Virus record (IMG/VR): IMGVR_UViG_3300050821_010409
Span: 94,160 to 122,432 of that record
Reading direction: 5' to 3' (one strand)
From: a virus
Taxonomy: Duplodnaviria > Heunggongvirae > Uroviricota > Caudoviricetes
Length of the DNA stretch: 28,273 nucleotides
The position numbers were made by a program, and so were the translations under genes. This document shows, in pieces, positions 24,130 to 28,273 of the stretch. The notes beneath the pieces are model-generated. The model was not told the origin of the DNA and did no database searches. It saw only the letters and a list, made by a program, of their open reading frames with translations. Position 1 is the first letter of the stretch; every line of letters begins with the position of its first letter.

Positions 24130-24585
24130 TTACCAGCTGGGCTCCAGGAGTGACGGGATTTCAAAGGTTCCCGTTTCCGCGATGGCGTCCAGCGCCGCCA
24201 GGACCTGGGCTTCGGTGCGTGCCCAGTTGAACAGCCAGCAGGCGCGTGAGTACGTGAGGTCCAGAGCGTGCTGGGCATGGTCCAGGACTGAGGTGAGCGT
24301 GCCGTCTGGCATCCTGATGCGGTCTGCCCCGGACAGGATAATGGCGTCATTGGGCAGCGTGAGGATGGCCGCCCAGCCGCCGATGCAGGCAGTGGACGAA
24401 GTGCTCCACTCATTGCGAGTCAGGCGTACCCGGATGTGCTCGGCAGGGACGTGGAGGAAAGCCGTGCCGGTCCAGCTTTCCTGGTTCAGCCAGCGCTCGT
24501 CCTCCCGTATCAGTGTGGCGATGAACCGCGCCAGCGTGCGCGGCGTGAAGGTGGCCGGGATCTCTCGTGGTGCCAGGATGTTCAT
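24130..24585 (-). CDS. hypothetical protein (distant paralog of 21776..22102)
   Basis: start ATG 24585 after AAGGAAAGGA; WLNQESW...TACIGGWA...ALDL....WLF. Confidence 0.8.
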   Translation of the reverse strand: MNILAPREIPATFTPRTLARFIATLIREDERWLNQESWTGTAFLHVPAEHIRVRLTRNEWSTSSTACIGGWAAILTLPNDAIILSGADRIRMPDGTLTSVLDHAQHALDLTYSRACWLFNWARTEAQVLAALDAIAETGTFEIPSLLEPSW

Positions 24586-24613
24586 GGGCAGTGATCCTTT
24601 CCTTGCGTGCATG

Positions 24614-24685
24614 CCCTGACTGGGCAATGAAGCGCTCCGCATCCCACGGCTAGGGAAGCGGAGCGCTCGGATTGCCGGGTCAGGG
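24614..24685 (-). repeat. family B hairpin
   Basis: CCCTGAC.GGGCAATGAAGCGCTCCGC...GCGGAGCGCTCGGATTGCCGGGTCAGGG; includes upstream stop. Confidence 0.9.
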
Positions 24686-25018
24686 ATGGGTGACGCTGAC
24701 TGGCCCGTTCGTCGTCTGGATCACGACGGCAGGGTCCTTGCCGGAGCGGGTGACCCACTGGTAAGGCGTGCCGTTCTTCGGGCACTGCGGGTCATCGGGC
24801 GTGACGGTCGTGTTGCCGTCCCCCTGGTCCAGCAGCAGGCCGTCCGTGCCGAAGCACGCGAAGTACAGCGTGACGACCGATGGCGGAGTTTCCAGGCGGT
24901 GCCAGTGGACCACGATGTCCTGCTGCGGGTTGGGCGCGTCGTGGTTCGTGCTGGAGCATGAGCACATTCCTGCCATGAGGGCGGCAGCTGCGCTCCATCC
25001 GAGGATGGCTTTCTTCAT
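24680..25018 (-). CDS. putative lipoprotein
   Basis: MKK + hydrophobic core + MCSC lipobox-like site. Confidence 0.75.
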   Translation of the reverse strand: MKKAILGWSAAAALMAGMCSCSSTNHDAPNPQQDIVVHWHRLETPPSVVTLYFACFGTDGLLLDQGDGNTTVTPDDPQCPKNGTPYQWVTRSGKDPAVVIQTTNGPVSVTHP

Positions 25019-25045
25019 GGACGCTCTCTTTTCTCTTCTCCTGAT

Positions 25046-25117
25046 GCCCGTGATCAGGCAATGAAGCGCTCCGCTTTCCTGCTCAGGGAGAGCGGAGCGC
25101 TCGGATTGCCGGGTCAG
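25046..25117 (-). repeat. family B hairpin, first 68 nt identical to 24055-24122
   Basis: exact repeat; includes upstream stop at 25114. Confidence 0.95.
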
Positions 25118-25302
25118 TGGCTTGCTACCTCGATGAAGTGCGCGGCCCCGTCCTTGGTGGAGTAATAGGCGAAGCGCGCGCTGCCGAGGAGGGCAAACGC
25201 TTCCCGGATGGTCGTTGCGTACATGTTCAGGGAATAGCCTGTTCCGTACGTGATGATGGCTGGCTCACTGGCGTGCTGGTCAGCCCATGCCTGGTCGGGC
25301 AT
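25114..25302 (-). CDS. hypothetical protein (62 aa)
   Basis: start moved to ATG 25302 after GAGGAAAGGA. Confidence 0.7.
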   Translation of the reverse strand: MPDQAWADQHASEPAIITYGTGYSLNMYATTIREAFALLGSARFAYYSTKDGAAHFIEVASH

Positions 25303-25342
25303 TGCCGGAGTCCTTTCCTCGTGGGTGGCTGTGCGCTTTCTT

Positions 25343-25404
25343 GCGTAAGGGACATGGCGAGTGACTCCGGTACCAGCGGAATCACTCGCCATGAGCCCGG
25401 CGCT
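25343..25404 (-). repeat. family C hairpin repeat, copy 2
   Basis: GCGTAAG...ATGGCGAGTGA/TCACTCGCCAT (11-bp stem)...GAGCCCGGCGCT. Confidence 0.75.
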
Positions 25405-25411
25405 TGATGCG

Positions 25412-25660
25412 CTAGTGCACGGACAGGCCGCTGCTGGTGCAGGTGGCCGTGTCGCCATCAGGCAGCAGCACGGACTCGCCGGTGCTCAGGTCTACGTCCC
25501 AGGTGCCGACGTTCCGGTTATCGGTGGCGTACACCGGCTGCGTGACCTGGTAGCAGGCTGCAGGGGCAGAGGCGCGCACCAGCATGACCGTCACGATGAC
25601 GGCAGCCAGCACGCTGGCAATGGCGATCAGCATGGCTGCGTTCAGGGAACGGCGCGTCAT
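25412..25660 (-). CDS. small membrane or secreted protein
   Basis: 82 aa; long N-terminal hydrophobic helix; ATGA overlap. Confidence 0.75.
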   Translation of the reverse strand: MTRRSLNAAMLIAIASVLAAVIVTVMLVRASAPAACYQVTQPVYATDNRNVGTWDVDLSTGESVLLPDGDTATCTSSGLSVH

Positions 25661-25785
25661 CGCCGGCAGCCCTTGCGGGAGGCGCGCGCCACGCGGCGGG
25701 CGGCACGGCGGCGGCGCGCGCTGGCGGAGCTGAGCTTGGGCGCGCTGCTGTGGTTGGAGCGGCCCTGCGTGAAGGGCTCGGTCAT
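25657..25785 (-). CDS. Arg-rich small basic protein (42 aa)
   Basis: ARRRRAARRVARASRKGCRR; RBS GGAAAGGA. Confidence 0.6.
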   Translation of the reverse strand: MTEPFTQGRSNHSSAPKLSSASARRRRAARRVARASRKGCRR

Positions 25786-25829
25786 GGCCTTGTCCTTTCC
25801 CGTGAGCGGGAGCCTTTCTCCCGCTGCCG

Positions 25830-25893
25830 TGGCACGCGAGGGGATTGAACCCTCGTGCGGGCTGTAGCCTGCAAGCCTTGCCTGGCTCGTGCC
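25830..25893 (-). ncRNA. tRNA-like element 1 (64 nt, reduced arms)
   Basis: GGCACG...CGAGGG-TTCAATC-CCCTCG-CGTGCC-A: T-loop consensus, 6-bp T stem, 6-bp acceptor stem, D-like hairpin AGCC-AGGCAA-GGCT. Confidence 0.6.
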
Positions 25894-26000
25894 GTTTCCC
25901 TGCATATGCGCGGTCCCTTTGCTACTCTGTCCCGCTTTCCGGTCTTCTCCGCTGCCAGGGCGGACTCTGCCGAGCTTTCATTTTCGCGGGCGTCCGTGCG

Positions 26001-26047
26001 TGGCACCCAGCGGAGTCGAACCGCTGCGCGTGCTTTCCCCCGGTGCC
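26001..26047 (-). ncRNA. tRNA-like element 2 (47 nt minihelix)
   Basis: GGCACC-15 nt-CAGCGG-TTCGACT-CCGCTG-GGTGCC-A. Confidence 0.6.
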
Positions 26048-26054
26048 GTTACTG

Positions 26055-26270
26055 CTAGCTTTTCCTGATCCTGATCGTCATGTGCGACCGGGAGAATTCA
26101 TCACTCGGCGCGGCGTAGACGGTCCCGGATTCCTGTGGCCGGTTGCCCTTGACTGCTGATTCCGGGAGCCAGCAGTGCTCTTGTGGCTTAGTGCGGAACA
26201 CGCAGCCGTCTCGCCATTCCGTGACCAGGAATGGCTGCACGTACACCTCGTACTCGCGTTCTGGCATCAC
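26055..26270 (-). CDS. hypothetical protein
   Basis: 71 aa; WLPES.V motif; start overlaps upstream stop. Confidence 0.65.
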   Translation of the reverse strand: MMPEREYEVYVQPFLVTEWRDGCVFRTKPQEHCWLPESAVKGNRPQESGTVYAAPSDEFSRSHMTIRIRKS

Positions 26271-26509
26271 CGCGTGACTGTCCTGATCTCGGTGGCGTGC
26301 AGGGCGAAGTCGCGCAGCAGGGCACCGTAATCCCAGTAGCAGGACTGGCCGATGGGCAGGTTTTCGCCATCGAATGCTTCGAATGCCATGAAGCGTGCTT
26401 TCTTGAAACAGTAATCACAGCTATGACGCCAGCGGCGCAGGGGATTGGGCTTGGCGTGCTTGCTGCGCTTGATGACCCGTTTCCTGAGCAGGATGATCAG
26501 CAACTTCAT
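26267..26509 (-). CDS. basic CxxC protein (80 aa)
   Basis: start ATG 26509 overlapping upstream stop; SCDYCF...CYWD. Confidence 0.65.
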   Translation of the reverse strand: MKLLIILLRKRVIKRSKHAKPNPLRRWRHSCDYCFKKARFMAFEAFDGENLPIGQSCYWDYGALLRDFALHATEIRTVTR

Positions 26510-26892
26510 GACGTGGCCTGCCCTTCGCGCCGTTCCAGTTCCTGGAATTCCGCGATGGCTTGCGCCCACGCCTGCGGGAACGTGACCTTGATGTAGCCAG
26601 TCAGCCACGCGAGCGCGTGCAGTTCGCTGACCGTGACGTCAGGGCAGCTGGCGATGTGCGGCCTGCTGTGGCACTCGTACAGTCCTGAGAGCGCGTCGTG
26701 CATTCCCCTGCTGAACGCTTCAGGTCCTGGCTGCGCTTGCGCGCCTGCGTACCGGTCAGCGATGGCGTCAAGGTGGCGCCAGTTACCCTGGCTGATGATG
26801 CACTCGACGGTGCGGGCTTTCTCGTCATCGGTGCCCGTCCAGGCATAGCACAGCAGCCAGCGCCGGACGACATCTTCTGAGAGCGTGCTCAT
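26506..26892 (-). CDS. hypothetical protein
   Basis: 128 aa, RBS AGAAAGGAG. Confidence 0.8.
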   Translation of the reverse strand: MSTLSEDVVRRWLLCYAWTGTDDEKARTVECIISQGNWRHLDAIADRYAGAQAQPGPEAFSRGMHDALSGLYECHSRPHIASCPDVTVSELHALAWLTGYIKVTFPQAWAQAIAEFQELERREGQATS

Positions 26893-26938
26893 GGTGTTTT
26901 CTCCTTTCTCGTGTTCCTTGCGTGCCTTGTTTCCTGCG

Positions 26939-27005
26939 GCGTAAGGTCATGGCCAGCGATTTCCCTGTGCTGTCCTTGGGAGATCACTGGCCATGAGCCG
27001 GCGCT
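26939..27005 (-). repeat. family C hairpin repeat, copy 3
   Basis: GCGTAAG-G-TCATGGCCAG/CTGGCCATGA (10-bp stem)-GCCGGCGCT. Confidence 0.75.
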
Positions 27006-27030
27006 GCTGGTCATCGGTGAAGCGGCAGCC

Positions 27031-27558
27031 TCACCACGACTCCTCGGCAACGATTGTCCACGTGAACAGGTAGCGCGGGTCATAGTGCCTGCTGCATTCC
27101 GCGCAGCTCATGGTCTTGGCTGCTCGCGTTAGCCGGTGGCGTCGCAGGACGTGGCCGTTAGGGCAGGTGCCCCGGTACGTGCCCGCGATGGCGAGCTCAT
27201 CATCAAAGCACCGCTCCGGGTTCGCGCCGATCAGCACGCACATGTGCCGCCATTCCTGGTCATGGCCGCCGGTGGTGAGCGCGTGCGCGATCTCGTGCAG
27301 GATGACGTCCTTGATCATGGCGTAGTTTCCGGCACGCTGCCATTTCGTCATGATTGGCGCGCTCAGTCCGATCACCGGGATTTCCCGGCGGCACACGCCG
27401 GCCCGCTGCTTGCTCTCGTCAAACGCCAGCGTCCAGTCGCCGATGTCGTGCACGATCATGAGTGGCTCTGCCATCTCGCGGACGCCGCGTGGTTCTGGCG
27501 TCGTCCCGGTGACGAGGGTCGCTCCCATGCTCGCCAGGAAGTCCGGCATTGCCGCCAT
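27031..27558 (-). CDS. SprT-like zinc metalloprotease
   Basis: FD....RAG.C, VILHEIAHAL (HExxH), GHDQEW, C-terminal CPNGH...CAEC, as expected for the SprT family. Confidence 0.85.
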   Translation of the reverse strand: MAAMPDFLASMGATLVTGTTPEPRGVREMAEPLMIVHDIGDWTLAFDESKQRAGVCRREIPVIGLSAPIMTKWQRAGNYAMIKDVILHEIAHALTTGGHDQEWRHMCVLIGANPERCFDDELAIAGTYRGTCPNGHVLRRHRLTRAAKTMSCAECSRHYDPRYLFTWTIVAEESW

Positions 27559-27599
27559 CGTGATTCACCTCATTTCCTTGGTTCCTGCGTTGCCAGTAC

Positions 27600-27660
27600 C
27601 GGGCTGAGTGCCCGTGGCCGCACGCGGGAGCGTTTTCCCGCGCGCGACCATGGATGCTCA
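27600..27660 (-). repeat. family A repeat, copy 10 (divergent, with compensatory changes)
   Basis: CGGGCTGAGTGCCCG-TGGCCGCACGCGGGA...TCCCGCGCGCGACCA-TGGATGCTCA; includes upstream stop. Confidence 0.8.
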
Positions 27661-27807
27661 GATGTACTCGGCAACCCAGCCGTCAGGCAGGGCCGCTTCA
27701 AGCTCGTCAAGCTGCGCGTCTGTCAGCAGGATTGCCTCGCCCTGCTGTGTCCCGTTATCGTCCAGGACCTTGACCTGGTAGGTGGTCTCGCCCGTTTCGG
27801 CGTTCAT
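27658..27807 (-). CDS. small acidic protein (49 aa, not in ORF track)
   Basis: MNAETGETTYQVKVLDD...WVAEYI; RBS AGAAAGGAAAA. Confidence 0.7.
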   Translation of the reverse strand: MNAETGETTYQVKVLDDNGTQQGEAILLTDAQLDELEAALPDGWVAEYI

Positions 27808-27836
27808 GACAGTTTTCCTTTCTCGTCACCGGTGGC

Positions 27837-27986
27837 TTACGACAACGGCCTCAGGTCACTGCTGAAGTAGTTGCCGGTACTGCCGTCTGACCATTCCACG
27901 GCGTAGAGCCCGTTGGGGTGCTGGCGGCGGATGACGCCATAGGCCCATGGGGATTTCCGGTGCGTGACGATCTGCGCGATGCTCAT
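27837..27986 (-). CDS. small hypothetical protein (49 aa, not in ORF track)
   Basis: MSIAQIVTHRKSPWAYGVI...YAVEWSDG; RBS AGAAAGGAAAGGA. Confidence 0.7.
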   Translation of the reverse strand: MSIAQIVTHRKSPWAYGVIRRQHPNGLYAVEWSDGSTGNYFSSDLRPLS

Positions 27987-28132
27987 GACAGTCCTTTCCT
28001 TTCTTGGATTCCTGTTGAATCCTCGCAGCCACGGACAGGAAGAATCGCCTGCCTGTGACTGCCAGCATTCAAGCTGGACGGCTTTCTCTTTTCAGCCGTT
28101 CGGGTCAAGTCCGGAGTGGTTACCGTTTGCCC

Positions 28133-28180
28133 GGTGCTGACGTCGGCTATGATGGCAGCTCGTTCATCTACGTCAGCACC
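28133..28180. repeat. intergenic inverted repeat
   Basis: GGTGCTGACGT (28133-28143) / ACGTCAGCACC (28170-28180). Confidence 0.6.
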
Positions 28181-28234
28181 CTTGTGCTCATTTCTCGTGG
28201 CTTTCCGGAGTCATTTTCCGGTAGTTCCCTCGCG

Positions 28235-28260
28235 TGGCACCGGGCGGAATTGAACCGCCC
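28235..28260 (-). ncRNA. tRNA-like element 3, 3' half only (truncated by window end)
   Basis: GGGCGG-TTCAATT-CCGCCC-GGTGCC-A, same ending as elements 1 and 2; 5' part replaced by poly-C run. Confidence 0.5.
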
Positions 28261-28273
28261 CCCCCCCCCCCCC

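Noticed and set aside
25830-26047. Canonical tRNA genes or attP tRNA fragment
   Set aside because: Too short (64 and 47 nt), no 5-bp/7-nt anticodon arm, so no anticodon can be assigned. Both acceptor strands are present in divergent copies, unlike a single att duplication.
26889-27083. 64-aa track ORF between SprT and 26506..26892
   Set aside because: It overlaps the SprT end, the family C hairpin and the next RBS, and has no RBS of its own.
1140-27660. CRISPR array interpretation of the repeats
   Set aside because: Copies are separated by whole genes (hundreds to thousands of bp), vary in sequence, and no cas gene is visible.
1140-27660. Classical integron attC sites
   Set aside because: No RYYYAAC/GTTRRRY core boxes and no tyrosine recombinase in the window; only the architecture is analogous.
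1140-27660. Ordinary rho-independent terminators
   Set aside because: On the coding strand the hairpins are followed by purine-rich RBS sequence, not a U-tract; on the other strand the T-rich tract precedes the hairpin. Actinobacterial U-less terminators cannot be fully excluded, but they would not explain the conserved small hairpin and pseudoknot.
1198-27660. SECIS-like UGA readthrough (UGA followed by a stem-loop)
   Set aside because: Several copies follow TAG/TAA stops located some distance upstream, and downstream genes have their own RBS, so recoding is not a general explanation.
1140-27660. Known self-cleaving ribozyme (hammerhead, HDV-like, twister, pistol)
   Set aside because: I could not find the conserved catalytic cores (e.g. 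CUGANGA/GAAA or the nested HDV double pseudoknot) by eye; an Rfam scan is needed to exclude this formally.
181-27870. Long plus-strand ORFs in the track (e.g. 181..942, 8250..9716, 15405..16682)
   Set aside because: They are antisense shadows of minus-strand genes in high-GC DNA, lack RBSs and give low-complexity R/G/A/P-rich or motif-free translations.
28258-28273. Terminal poly-C run as a biological feature
   Set aside because: A homopolymer at the very end of the sequence is typical of a read or assembly artefact (reverse complement of a poly-G tail). It also makes the last bases of the element 3 stem uncertain.

Overview
High-GC window that reads as the accessory or early region of a large actinobacterial phage or phage-like element. 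This is inferred from AGAAAGGA-type RBSs, a DUF1707-like gene, about 58 mostly small genes all on the minus strand, frequent 4-nt start/stop overlaps and no housekeeping genes. No capsid, integrase or polymerase gene is visible, so the element type is not proven. Recognisable products are an AAA_25-type P-loop ATPase, a two-Rossmann-motif flavoprotein, an M28/M20-like zinc peptidase, a SprT-like metalloprotease, two lipoproteins, a DUF1707-like protein and four sets of paralogous unknown genes. The most notable signal is non-coding. At least 22 intergenic structured repeats of three families (A x10, B x9, C x3) plus two shrunken B copies sit between a stop codon and the next RBS, dividing the region into cassette-like units. 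Family A shows compensatory base changes supporting two adjacent hairpins and a pseudoknot. Three tRNA-like elements near the right end have a T-loop and a 6+6 bp acceptor/T stack but no normal anticodon arm. All alignments and folds were done by eye; no database search was run.
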